Positions 41,771 through 55,684 of a stretch of DNA of 64,000 nucleotides are shown piece by piece. Position numbers and translations under genes: made by a program. Source of the DNA: the human T2T-CHM13v2.0 reference genome, Homo sapiens; the NCBI RefSeq assembly GCF_009914755.1, contig NC_060932.1; one strand, 5' to 3'. Each line of letters starts with the position of its first letter. Position 1 is the stretch's first letter. The notes under the pieces are model-generated. The model saw only the letters and a list, made by a program, of their open reading frames with translations, made no database searches and had not been told where the DNA came from.

Positions 41771-42394
41771 TAAAACCAAGGAATAACCTGATTAAGCCCA
41801 CCAAACTTAACCTGTGTTGCTTGCTTTTAACTGCTTACTTATAAGTGGTCTAGGTGCAAGTCACATAGCCAGACAATAACTAAACTTCCACTACCTTCTT
41901 TACAGACAATATCTCTGACTATGGGTTACTATAGTAATGAGTGCTTAAAGTTGTTTTTCAGGAACTAGAGGGCAGCTCTTGTCCAGTTCAAGCCAGTTGA
42001 GAATACTGACCCTTCACCTGGGTTTGCACAGGTGCCTGAAGAGACATCTTTTGACATGAGAGGGCCAAAAATTCTACCTGCAGGTCATGCTAGTGCTGCC
42101 TTTTTCTGAACATGCATCCTATAAAGAGCCATGTTGCTCAATTATGCTTGCACAGAACCCTGATTACCTTTCCTATCCACCAATTATCATTCCCCAGACA
42201 TTAGACCATCCCGTTTTCTATTCCATAAGTACCTGCCCCCGACAAGCCCTATTTTCAGTGAGGCAGATTTGAGATTTGTTCTTCTGTCTCCAGGCTTGGC
42301 AGCCTTGTGAATAAACTCTTTTCTCTTTTACAAAACCTGTTGTCACACCGATTGGCTTTCTGTGTGTGCGAATAATGAACCTGGTTTAATATCA
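41771..42394 (+). mobile_element. ERV1 solo LTR inserted in a MIR
   Basis: 4-bp TSD GTGC (41767-41770, 42395-42398). AATAAA at 42310. Ends ...ATCA. Confidence 0.8.
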
Positions 42395-42449
42395 GTGCCA
42401 TTAAACCTGGATTCAAATCCTGTTTCTATATCTAGATCTATGAAGGTCT

Positions 42450-42917
42450 TAGCAGATACAGGGATGGTTAAAGTACACTAGTAAGAGATGATAAAGTATC
42501 CTGGGGCTAGCAACAGTGGAGAGCCACTACCACTATTAGACATGAAGGGGCAAGGAAAAGGAATGGTTATGAGGAATAAGAGAGAGCTGTGGTTCTAGCT
42601 GTAACTGTAGTCAAGCGCTTCATGACAGGAGGCTGAGGCTTTCACTTCTGGCCTTTATTTCTGAACTCCAGTAGAGGAAACCAGCTGCTGTCAACCTGTG
42701 GCAGAGCAGGAAGGAAGTCAGGGAATAAACACCATTACCTTTCTTTTCTCCTGCCCTGCATTTTCCTCCTGTTGTCTCTCATTGACTCAATCCAATTGGA
42801 AACCATAGGACAAAGAAAATCCATTTATATGAGACAAGGAAGTCAGCTGCCTGCGTGTGCAACATGGTAGAAAAGGGTGAAGAATGGATTTGTAGAGCAA
42901 TGTAAATATCCAGAACA
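42450..42917 (-). mobile_element. Old ERVL LTR (LTR33/LTR41-like)
   Basis: CCTGGGGCTAGCAACAGTGG...CCACTACCAC and CTCATTGACTCAATCCAATTGGAAACCA motifs. Confidence 0.55.
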
Positions 42918-44103
42918 ATCACTCACTAGTTACATGACTTAGCAAATCACTTACATTCACTCTTTCCATTATATAGTTATAAAATATTAGGATAACAATA
43001 TTATACTGGAGAAGAGCAAGAGACAAAGTCGAGGATTAAAAAGTTTAACCATATCCTATTTTTCAAGAGCATAAAACATCTGAAAGTCCTATAAGATATT
43101 TTATGTGAAATTTTATTTATATTTTATGTGCTCCTTTCTTGAATTTAAAGGCATTTAGTGCATGATGAAACTTATTTTATTTCTTCTAAAGTCTGTATCA
43201 GTTATCCAGGGGCAAATAATTCTTTTGTCAATTAATTTTGGTAAAAAAAGGCATATGCTGCCTTGGTGAAAATTTTGGAAAAAATGTGTTTTTGAATATG
43301 CTATTCGTTTAGAACTATGCAGTTAACCAAATTATGCTACTTTACATGTATTGCAAGCTACCTTGGCATTGCTCTCTTCTCTTACAACACAGTCCCTTGT
43401 GAGCATGCAGGAACACATGTAACTGTGGTTATGCGCTGTACATGAGGAGTAGCTGCATGGAAAAGTGAAGAGACTCAAAGAGAATGTGCAGGTGGCACTG
43501 TTTTTGCCAGTGGATAATATGAGTATTTTAAAAGCTAGCAACTTCTTGGTCATTTTTCTGGTCAAGTAATTTATAAGATATTTAGTTTTTATAATTTTGG
43601 GTCCAATTAAGTGTATCTGCAAGTGCATTTTATGAGTGCTGTATAAAAATTAATTACATTCAGTTTGAATCTTATTTAAAAAAATGGTTTTCCGTTGGTT
43701 GTGATTTTTCTTCTCTACATGACCACCCTGCCTTCCCCACATTACCTAGGGCAAGTCATTTCTACTTAATGTTTTTTGATAAAATAGGGACTTTCATTCT
43801 GAATCTTATCAGTGGTTTAGTATAGTATAAACTAATCTTATCTTGAGTAGAAAGACTAAAGAATGAACCAATCAAGAATAATAACTGTAACAACTTTTCA
43901 AGACATAGACAGTAGAGTAAGATATAACTAGAAACAACAAAAAGTTAAAAAGCAGGGGGATAATGTTAAAGTGTAGAATTTTTGTTAGTTTTATCTTTGC
44001 TTCTTTGTTAGCTTATATGTTTATGCTATCACTGTTAGGTTATCATGAGTTAAAACTTATGGGTTATAAGATATTTGTAAGGTTAACGGTAACCTCAAAT
44101 CAA

Positions 44104-44188
44104 AAAACCTACAACAGGTGCACAAAAACAAAAAGCAAAAAAAATTAAAACCTACAACATGTGCACAAAAATAAAAAGCAAAAAAATT
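44104..44188. repeat. ~43-bp tandem duplication within L1MA
   Basis: AAAACCTACAACA(G/T)GTGCACAAAAA(C/T)AAAAAGCAAAAAAA(A)TT twice. Confidence 0.9.
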
Positions 44189-45149
44189 AAAACACACTAC
44201 CAGAAAAACATCACCTTCATTTAAAGCAAGACAGAAAGGAAGGAAATAAGGATGAGAGGACCACAAAACAACCAGGAAACAAATAACAAAATGGCAGGAG
44301 TAAGTCCTTACTTATCAGGAATAATAATGAAGGTAAATGGACTATACTCTCCAATCAAAAGACATAGAGTGGCTGAATGGATTTAAAAAGAAAAAAAGAC
44401 CCAGTGATCTGTTGCCCACAAGAAACACACTTCACCTATAAAGACACACATAGACTGAAAATAAAGGATTGGAAAAAGATATTCCATGCAAATGGAAACT
44501 AAAAAAGAGCAAGAGTAGCTATACTTACATCAGACTAAATAGATTGCAAGACAACAACTCTAAAAAGTGACAAAAGGTCATAATATCATGACAAAAGGGG
44601 TCAATTCAGCCAGAAGATATAAACATTTTAAATATATATGTACCCAACACTGAAGTACCAAGATATATAAGGCAAATATTTTTAGAGCTAAGGAGAGAGA
44701 GAGACCACAATACAATAATAGCTGGAGACTTCAACACCCCACTTTCAGGATTGGACAGATCTTCCAGGCAGAAAATCAACAAAGAAAAATTGGACATAAT
44801 CTGCACTATAGACCAAATAGACCTAATAGATATTTATAGAGTATTTTATCCAATGCCTACAGAATACACATTCTTCTCCTAAGCACATGAGTCATTCTCG
44901 AGGATAGACCATTTTTTTAGGCCTCAAAACAAGTCTAAATTGAAATTATATCAAGTAACTTCTCTGACCACAATGGAATAAAACTAAAAATCAATAACAA
45001 GGCAAATTTTGGAAACTGTACAAACACATGGAATTTAAACAATGTGCTCCTGAATGACCAGTGGGTCAATGAAGAAACTAAGGAGGAAATTTTAAAATTT
45101 CTTGAAATAAATGATGATGGAAACACAGCATACCAAACTCTATGGGATA

Positions 45150-45318
45150 AAACCAGTGTATCATTCTTTAGTCTTTCTACTCAAGCTATGAGTAGTTTAT
45201 ACTTCACAGGTATGATGTTATAATATTCTGTATTTTTATGTGTACTTGCTATTTCTAGTAAGCTTTGCAACTTCAGACGATTTCTTATTGCTCATTAACA
45301 TCCTTTTCTTTCAGCTCC
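45150..45318 (-). mobile_element. Inverted L1 inter-ORF fragment inserted in ORF2
   Basis: 45161-45202 is the reverse complement of 43825-43866, with 25 bp perfect. It interrupts CTATGGGATA|CAGCAAAAG. Confidence 0.85.
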
Positions 45319-48300
45319 TACAGCAAAAGAAGTACTAAGAGGAAAGTTTATAGTGATAAGCACCTACATAACAAAAAACTTCAAATAAACAACCTAATGA
45401 GGCATCTTAAGGAATGAGAAAAGAGCAAACTGAATACAAAATTAGTAGAAGAAAAGAAATAATAAAGTTCACAGCAAAAATAAATGAAGAAAACAATACA
45501 AAAGATCAATAAAATAAAAATTTGTTTTTTTGAACAGATGAACAACATTGACAAACCTTCAGGCAGACTAAGAAAAAAAAGAGCAAAAAACCCAAATAAA
45601 TAAAATTAGAGATGAAAGAGGAGACATTGCAGCTGATTTCACAGAAATTCAAAGTATCATTACAGGCTGCTATGAACAACTATATGCCAATAAATGGGAA
45701 AACCTGGAAGAAATGGATAAATTTCTAGAAAAATACAACCTACCAAGATTGAACCATGAAGAAATCCAAAACCTGAACAGATCAATAACAAGTAATAAGA
45801 TCGAAGCTGTAATAAAAAGTCTCCCAGAAAAGCAAAGCCTAGGATTCAATGGCATCACTGCTGAATTTTATCAGACATTAAAAAAGAGCTAAACCCTATT
45901 CAAATTATTCCAAAAAACTTATTCTACAAGGCGAGTATTACACTAATACCAAAACCAGACAAAGATGCATAAAAAAAGAAAACAATATGCCAATATCCCT
46001 TATGAACATTGATGCAAAAATCCTCAACAAAATACTAGTAAACCAAATTTAACAGTACAATAAAATGATCATTCATCATGACCAAGTTGGATTTATCCCT
46101 GGGATGTAAGAATGGCTCAACATATGCAAATCAATCAATGTCATACGTCATAGCAATGAAGGACAAAAACCATATGATCATTTCAATTGATGCTGAACAA
46201 GCACTTAACAAAATTCAACATTTATTCATGATAAAACCCTAAAAAAATTGGATCTAGAAGGAACATACCTTAGCACAATAAAAGCCATTTACAACAGACT
46301 CATAGCTAGTATAATACTGAATGAGGAAAAACTAAAAGCTTTTCCTTTAAGATCGAGAACATGACAAGGATGCCCACTTTCACCACTGTTATTTAATGTA
46401 GTACTGGAAGTCCTAGCTGGACCAACCAGACAAGAGCAAGAAATAAAGGAAATCCAAATTGGAAAGGAAGAAGTCAAATTATCTTTGTTTGCAGATGCTA
46501 TGATCTTATATTTGGAAAAGCCTAGAGATTCCACAAGAGAACTATTAGAACTGATAGACAAATTCAGTAAATTTGAAGGATACAAAATCAACATACGAAA
46601 ATCAGTAGCATTTCCATATGACAACAGTGAATCTGAAAAAGAAATCAGGAAATTAATCATATTTACAATAGCCAAAAACAAAATAAAATACCTAAAAATT
46701 AACCAAAGAAGTCAAAGATGTCCACAATGAAAAATATAAAACACTGATGCAAAATTTGAAGAGAATATAAAAAAATGAAAAGATATTCCATGTTAATGGA
46801 TTGGAACAATCAATATTGTTAAAATATTCATACTACCTAAAACAATCTATAGATTAAATGCAACCCCTATGAAAATACCAATAACACTCTTCACAGAAAT
46901 AGAGAAAAACAATCCTAAAATGTATATGGAACCATAAAAAACCCAGAATAGCCAAAGCTATCCTCAGCAAAAAGAACAAAACTGAAGGAATCACATTATC
47001 TGACTTCAAATTATACTACAGAGCTATAGCAACCAAAACAGCATGGTACAGTCATAAAAACAGACACATAGGCCAATGAAACAGTATAGAGAACCCAGAA
47101 ACAAATCCATACATCTACAGTAGACTCATTTTCAACAAAGCCAAATATATACATTGGAGAAAGGATAGTCTCTTCAATAAATGGTGCTGGGAAAACTGGA
47201 TATCCTTATGCGGAAGAATAAAACTAGACTCCTATTTCTCATCACACACAGGAATCAAATCAAAATGGACCAAAGATTTAAATATAAGACCTTAAACTGT
47301 GAAACTACTCAAAGAAAACCCTGAGGAAACTACCCAGGACATTGGTCTGGGTAAAGATTTCTTGAGTAATACTCCACAAGCACAGGCAGCCAAAGCAAGA
47401 ATGGACAAATGGGATCACATCAACTTGAAAAGCATCTGCACAGCAAAGGTAACCATCCACAAAATGAAGAGTCAACCCAAAGAATGGAAGAAAATATTCA
47501 CAAACTATCCATCTGACAAGGGATTAATAGCCAGAATATATAAGGAGCTCAAATGACTTTATAGGAAAAAACCTAATAATCAGATTTTAAAATGAGCAAA
47601 TATCTGAATAAACATATCTCACAAGAAGATATACAAATGGCAACAGGTATATGAAAAGGTGCTCAACATCATAGATCATCAGAAAAATGCAAATCAAACT
47701 ACAATGAGATATCACCTTACTCCAGGTAAAATGGGTTATATCCAAAAGACAGGCAACAACAAATGCCAAAGAGGATGTGGAGAAAAGGGAACCCTTGCAC
47801 ACTATGGAATGGAAATTAGTACAGTCACGATGGAGAACAGTTTGGAGGTTCCTCAAAAAACTAAAAATAGAGCTACCATATGATCCAGCAATCCCACTGG
47901 TAAGTATATACCCAAAAGAAGGGAAATCAATATATTGAAGAAGTATCTGCTCTCCAGTGTTTATTGCAGAATGATTCACAATAGCCAAGATCTGGAAGCA
48001 ACCTAAGTGTCCATCAACGGATGAATGGATAAAGAAAATGTGGTACACATTCCATAAAAAAGAATGAGATCCTGTCATTTGCAACAACAAGTATGGAGCT
48101 GGAGGACATTATGTTAAGTGAAGTAAGTCAGGCACAGAAAGACAAACTTGGCGTGTTCTCACTTATTTGTGGGAGCTAAAAATTCAAACAAACTCATGGA
48201 GGTAGAGAGTAGAACAATGGTTACTAGAGGCTGGGAAGGGTAGCAGGTTAGTGAGGAGTAAGGAGGGAATGGTTAATGGGTACAAAAATATAGTTAGAAT

Positions 48301-48559
48301 GAATAAGATCTAGTATTTGATAGCACAACAGGGTGACTATAGTCAACAATAATTTAGTGTACATTTGAAAATAGCTCAAAGAGTATAATTGGATTGTTTG
48401 TAATACAAAGAAAGGATAAATGCTTGAGGCAATGGATCCTCCATTTACCCTGATGTGATTATTATTTGTTGTATGCCTGTGTCAAAATATCTCATGTACC
48501 CTATAAATATATGTACCTACTGCGTACCCACAAAAATTAAAGATTAAAAAAAGATTAAT

Positions 48560-49090
48560 TATAACAAGAGATTGCCTACTAAGAGGCAAAGAGAACTCCA
48601 AGGAATATAGTAATAGCAGATATAAGGAACAGCTACTACCGCTAGGACTGAGGCAGAACACCCAAGGAGAGGAAATCCCCACAGTCATCAAAGTCCACTT
48701 TCAACCCCCCACCTGCATCCCCAGGCTGAGATCCAGACCTCATTGGAGAGGGTGTGGGCGTGGCCTGTTGAATACAAGATACACAATGCCAGATGGCACT
48801 CTGGCAAAAGTTACTGAGAGGCCCCTTTATGGAGCTGGGGGAGGCTCTCTGTGGGGAGGTACTGTACTGGTGATATCTGCTGGGAGGCTATACTCTGGTG
48901 GACATGAGGAAGTCATTCCCAGGGAGATGCCACACTATGGAGCTTACTCTAAAGCTGCCCATGGAGGTAGTGTACTGAGAAGTGGCTCTGGTTTATCAGG
49001 AGGTGATGCCACTGAAACTTGCTGAGGGTGAGCACTGGGGCTCCCACCTGTCCCTGGCCACTGGATGCTAGAGGTGCAAGCCCAGAAGAA
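48560..49090 (-). mobile_element. Old LTR fragment (LTR78/79-like)
   Basis: GAGAACTCCAAGGAATATAGTAATAGCAGATATAAGGAACAGCTACTACC resembles ancient LTR consensus; recognition is weak. Confidence 0.4.
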
Positions 49091-49100
49091 GCCTATTGGA

Positions 49101-49379
49101 TTCTTCCTCCCCTCCCCTCCCTTCCCATCTCTTCCTCCCTCCCTTTCCCCTCTTCTTCCTCCCTCTCCCCCTCTCCTCTCCCCTCCCCCTCTCCTCTCCC
49201 CTCCCTCTCTTCCCATCCTTCCTCCTCTTCTCTTCCTTTCCCTTCCCCTCTTCCTTTCCCTTCCCCTCTTCCTTTCCCTTCCTCTCTTCCTTTCCCTTCC
49301 CCTCTTCCTTTTCCTTCCCTTCCTTCAGCTCCCCCTCTCTCTGACTCTTCCTTTCTCTCTCTCTCTCCCTGACTCCTCT
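49101..49379. repeat. Polypyrimidine tract containing an 18-bp x5 minisatellite (49230-49319)
   Basis: Unit CTCTTCCTTTCCCTTCCC. Very few purines on + over ~280 bp. Confidence 0.95.
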
Positions 49380-49679
49380 ATACCCCTTTAACCAAAGTCA
49401 GTTTCTTTAGAAGACTCAGGACACTTCTTGTGTGTCTGGGCATGGCAATTTGTTCATCAGTTTCCTATGAGCATATTAAAACACTAATTATAACTATGAA
49501 AATGTACAGTTGGTGTATAGTTAGCTCTTACACCATATCAGCTGATGGGAAGTAAGACTGAAAAAAAAATAGAATAATGTCTTTCATTAGGAGATTAGAT
49601 TGTGCTGTGTGCATTTTGTATCATGTTTTCTTCTTTGCTCTTACATATAAAAAGCAGTGTTTCTACATAAGATTTGCAT

Positions 49680-50055
49680 GAGTGAAAAGAACACAAGGTT
49701 AGGAGATATCATCCTGGTTGTGTCCCCAAGTGGTATGGTGACCCTAAGCAAATAACACTTTCTTTGATTTCAGTTTTCTCATCTTTCAAATAGGAATAAC
49801 ATTTATTCATTCACGTACTTGTTAATCCTGTCTGTAAACATTTTTTAGGTTGCTTATTTTGTGTCGGCCGCTGTGCTAGCACTGGAGATTTGTAGCTTAC
49901 TAAGTCATTACCTGTCTCCTTAGGGAGCCACCTTGTAGTCCTAAAAATAAAATACAATGCCCCATTTTAGAGAGTTCTCATAAAAATCAAATGAGATGAT
50001 GGATTATAGGTACTTGAAAAAGATTAAAAAATCACTCTTCAAATGTAAGAGGTTG
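49680..50055 (+). mobile_element. MIR interrupted by an L2 3' fragment (L2 ~49800-49940, minus)
   Basis: TTCAGTTTTCTCATCTTTCAAATAGG...AAAATCAAATGAGATGAT. L2 end ATTTATTCATTCA...CTGTGCTAGCACTGGAGAT. Confidence 0.65.
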
Positions 50056-51232
50056 TACTGATATTAATATCACAGTCATCACAACCGCAGAATGGCAATT
50101 AACTTATTGTGTTTTTTATTTCATTGACATTAGGGCTAAGAGGAGGATTGTAAGTGATTCAGGTAAGGACCAGAACATCTATATTCCCAAAGAATGTTTC
50201 CCATAAATTAACAGTCATTAAAATTAACCTGTGAAGTTAATTATGGTATGTGACACAGATGGCTTTAAGCTTTATGCAGTTATGTTCTTGACCAGATGAG
50301 GTCTTCCTTTTATTAGTTTATGAGTCACAGGGCAAGTGTGATGGTGTGCTAGGAATGCTTAATCAGGATCAGGAGCTAGAGTTACTTCTGGCCTTGGGGG
50401 GAAAAAGAAAACCTTTTCGGCATATTCATTTTTGTTTTTTATTGTGAATAAAGCACCCTTTATTGCTGCTCAGGGTGCAATAAACCTCTCAAATCCTTGG
50501 GCCCTGGATCTTGTGTGACCTGCCCTTTCATCTCTGATGCTTTCGCTTCTGGAGTTTTGACAATGTCGGATCTCCTTCATGCGCTCTTGCTCCTCTTTGC
50601 TCTCTCTCTTTTCCTTTATCAAGGTCTCACCAGCTCTCTGGGAGGAGGATTGCATCATCCCAACCACAGACTACCCGGAGCTTTGGGTGCTCTGTAGCTG
50701 CTCATGTCCTTTCCAGTCCCTTCAACCAAGGAGAAGAATGACAGATTGCTGGCTGAGAGTATCCAGAGTGGCTGTTAGCTAATGATTGCTATAAATTCTG
50801 ATAATAATAATAGCAATCATAAATAATATAAAACAGTGGCATTGCAGCAGCTGGTATTCATGCTGCTCAGACTCTTATTTAAAGAATTTAAACTTTTTTT
50901 TTGGAGGAGACTTACAAGAATCTTGGGTCACATGGTACCACTTGGCCACAAGGACTTGACAAGTAGTAATGAGCAGGGTTTCTTGAAGGCAGACAGAAAG
51001 ATAGGGACAGCTGTCCTGGAGAGTCACCCATCCTGCATCAGAACCGAATAAGTGAGAAATAAACCTTTATTGTGTTAGGCCACGGAGGTTTTGGGTTTTG
51101 TTTGGTACATTAGTGTAGCATGACCTATCTGTACTACAGTCACTCACATCGCTGCTGTTATGTATTTTTTTAAATAAGCTTAGCACTGGAGACCCCATGG
51201 CTGGGTTAACTCTAGTTAAAAATATTTGTTAC

Positions 51233-51563
<331 letters not shown>

Positions 51564-53199
51564 TCAAGATAGGGTTTGTGTTTTGAGATATTTTGCGGTA
51601 ACGTAGTAACTTTTAGAAGCTTAAACTATGAGCTTCAGGGCACTTGCACATATTGTAATTCTAAATTCCTAAGAGAAGTTTGCGGTACTGGAAGAGCTAA
51701 GCAGCTTCCCAACTCCCATCCAAAGCTGACTTGTGGGGAGTTAATCCTACATAAGAAAAATCTTGTTTCTCTCTGGCATTTCAGAAGCAAAGCTTATTGA
51801 TCACGAAGCATGACAGTGGAAGAATTTCCTGAAAATGGAAGGAGAAGATGGTTTCACAGCAAAGCTACTAATCTGAAACAGTAAAAGCAACAAACAAATG
51901 CCCACTCCCCTTAGCTGACCAGAACACAATCCTTGTGAAATATAAAAACAATTAGGTACATGTAACACAGGAGTTTGTAGGATATAAAGACACTGTTTTT
52001 CAAATTTAATGTTAACAGTGGGATTATTTGTTTTCCCTGCGACAAATTTCTTTGTGGGAGTCTGATATATCAAATAGGATTGGTAAAGTGAAGCAGGCAC
52101 GGGCATCTAGAATTCTGCTGCTTCGTACTGCCCCTTCCCAGTCCCCAGTGGCCAGGAGATGCCCCATCAGAGCTCCAGGGCTCTCAGATCATTGTTTGAA
52201 AACTACTCATCAGAATGTCTCTTTGAATCAGAGCTTGGATTTCTGATGCATCGGACATTTAAACTCTCCCCGTTTTGCCACCTCTCTTGCAGTGAGTTAA
52301 CCTAAAACATAAAGGGAAAAAGCAACAACAAAAAAGATCAAAAAAGCCCAAACGATCAAAAAAGGCACGCTGAAATCTGTGTCCTCACCTATTCAGAAAG
52401 TCAGGGGAAAAAAAGATAAAAGAATAAATCCTAAGCAAAAGCAACTTTCCATCGAGATGACAAGTAAGATAGCTTCTTCCCTTCTGCATGTGAATTGCAA
52501 TTCCGATTTATGATCTGTGACATGATAATCAATCAGTCTTAACTGCATTTTGCAGATAGTAGCAGCTGTGGAGACGGGTGCTGAAGTTGACGTTGCCCAG
52601 AGATGATGTCATTTCTGGCAAACTCCCCTCAAATGTGCTTTGATCGATGTGGTTGTTCTTTCCTCTGCTAAGTTGACGTGTACTTAACCTCAGGCAGGAA
52701 TCACGGTCAAGTCCGTTTAGGGGTCAGATCCGATGCAGCCATGGAAAGCTAGAGATTCTCAGTCCTGTCATCCCTTGATTTTACTTTTCTAGACACTAAG
52801 TAAAAAAATGAGAGGAGAAGGAAGGGAAGCAAGGGACAGGAGTAGAGACTGCTGGTGTCAAGGACAACAGGGTGGAAGGCCAAATGGAACATCACAGTCA
52901 TCTTGAGTACCACTGCATGCAAGAACAGCTACCTGAAAGTCAATGATGCATTTAAGATTTTTCTTCCTGGCCCATAATTCCCGTTTGGTTGAGAGTATAG
53001 CTGCATTAAGTATATGGTAAATTTGCTGCAGGTGGCCCAGAAAACCTCCCCAGCGCTAACAATCAATTACCTCTCAGGACAGAAGCTGCTTCCTGTGCAG
53101 GAAATGCGAGATCTCTGCTCAGTGACAGAGGCTCAGGAATTTCTTAGGACCTATGGATCTTCCAGTCCAACTGAGTGCAGAAAACTGCCAGGTTTCATC

Positions 53200-53685
53200 T
53201 TCCTCCTTCTCTGCACCAAAAAACCTGAGACCGGGATGCCATGTAGCTGCTTCAGTTGGGAGATGATGCCAAGAACCACAAATGAGGAAACGGTAATGTG
53301 GGTCAGAAGAGAGAGAAAAGCCAATAAGGGTCTATTTGTAAGTGGGCTACCACCACGGGCAGGTGGGGCTCAATCCCTCTGGGGCCCTCACAAAATTGTG
53401 TATCTCATGAAAGGACATGGAAGCTGGGATATTTGTCCAATCACTTCCTCCTCTAACAGGGTGAGGGATGCCTCAAGTGGCATTAACCCCACAATTCTGG
53501 TTATAACAGTGCAGCAGGGAGTTCTCCTGGTGTCAGAGAAAGCCCGGTGGCTGAGAAGAGAGACCCAGGAGCTACACAGAGGTGGGATGCTGTTCAAAGC
53601 CCAGGAATTGTCTACCCTGGCCTGCAGGTAAACTCAGCTGGGTCAAAGTGACAGGAGGCTGTGGTATCAACAGTGGCTACTATAG
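53200..53685 (-). mobile_element. Old ERVL LTR (LTR16/LTR40-like)
   Basis: GAGAAAAGCCAATAAGGG...GGGGCTCAATCCCTCTGGG...GGCATTAACCCC motifs. Confidence 0.55.
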
Positions 53686-53917
53686 CCTCCTAGAACCTGA
53701 AAAGGACTCAAATAATATAAACACATATCATTCATAGTGTTGCATTAGTTTTACACAATAAGATCAAATATAAAAATATTTATTGTAATCTAAAGTAGTT
53801 TACAACTAGGCGATCAGTCCAAAGTGGACAGAGGCTGCTAAAGAGAAGAATACAGAGAATAGCATAGAGAAAGAGGAAAATAGGAAGAGAAAATAAACTT
53901 CTATAGATTTAAAAAGG

Positions 53918-54808
<891 letters not shown>

Positions 54809-55383
54809 TGTTATCAAACAGAACTTGGGTCCACTTGCCCAGCACAGCAAAGCCAAACACTGAGAAGAGAAAGTGAGGCATTTACCACAGGGTGCCAAGC
54901 AAGGGGAACTAGGCAGCTCATGCTTAAGACCCAAACTCCTCCATGGCTTACAGGTGTTTTTAAAGGCAGGGAGGCAGAGGTTACAGGCAAAGTCATAAAT
55001 CAATGAATGGAGGCTATATATTGGCTTGACCTAAAAAGATGGGACATCTCAAAGTGGCAACCCACAGGTCATAAATGGATTCAGGGATTTTCTGATTTGC
55101 AATTGGATAAGGAGGCACAGCTTTGTCTAAAAGTCTGGGATCAGCAGAAAAGAGTATTAGCTCTGGCCTGTGAGTGTGACTTTCCCCAGTCCCCCCAGGA
55201 TGAAATTTGAAAATAATGGCAGAGTTCAGTCCTCAATTCTCCCTTATCTGAGGTCTACATGCCAGGAGACAGCATTGTTATTTGGTTGGAGTCTGGGTTT
55301 CTGCAAAACAATTCAGGGACATGAGTTAAAATGTTATTTTTAATTTCTATAGGGACCCTATGGAGGGTCTCTGTTCCGTCCCA
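54809..55383 (-). mobile_element. ERV1 (MER4-group) solo LTR, related to 12276-13362
   Basis: TG...CA. Shares TTTTCTGATTTGCAATTGG and CAGAGTTCAGTCC...CTGAGGTCT with the 12.6-kb LTR. Confidence 0.75.
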
Positions 55384-55684
55384 CCCTGAGGAAAATGTTC
55401 CATACAGGGGCTTGATTTCTAACCCATTCCTGGCCGGCTAGAAGATCCGGAGTAACTTGGGCATGGATCACTCCCACCAGCTTCTCTAAACATTTATACT
55501 TTGAGTATTTTTCAGGTTCAAAGATAAAACAAGCATCTTAAAGTTCCATTTAGGCACAGTAGAATAAGTCTAGAGATTTCTCGCCCTCAAAGAATCTTGG
55601 AAGATCTGTGAAATATGCTCTATGCATTCACCTGACCTCTGCTTTGAGACCACCAATATTTTGATATTATATTGTCATATATAT

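Larger units (their letters stand above)
43825..48552 (+). mobile_element. L1MA2/3-like, 5'-truncated (~4.7 kb), decayed ORF2
   Basis: Endonuclease region (AGCTGGAGACTTCAACACCCCACT). [14 protein letters not shown] (46485-46730). 3' end CTCATGTACCCTATAAATATATGTACCTAC...CCCACAAAAATTAAA. Confidence 0.92.

Noticed and set aside
48944-49391. Pro/Ser/Leu-rich and Gly/Glu/Arg-rich ORFs
   Set aside because: They are translations of the C/T-rich simple repeat.
50585-50760. Possible + strand exon after a pyrimidine tract ending AAG at ~50623
   Set aside because: AAG is a weak acceptor and I found no convincing donor downstream.
53014-53631. Longest ORF (205 aa) as a novel gene
   Set aside because: Most of it overlaps an old ERVL-type LTR. 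It has no recognisable domain or supporting gene structure, and is consistent with a chance ORF.
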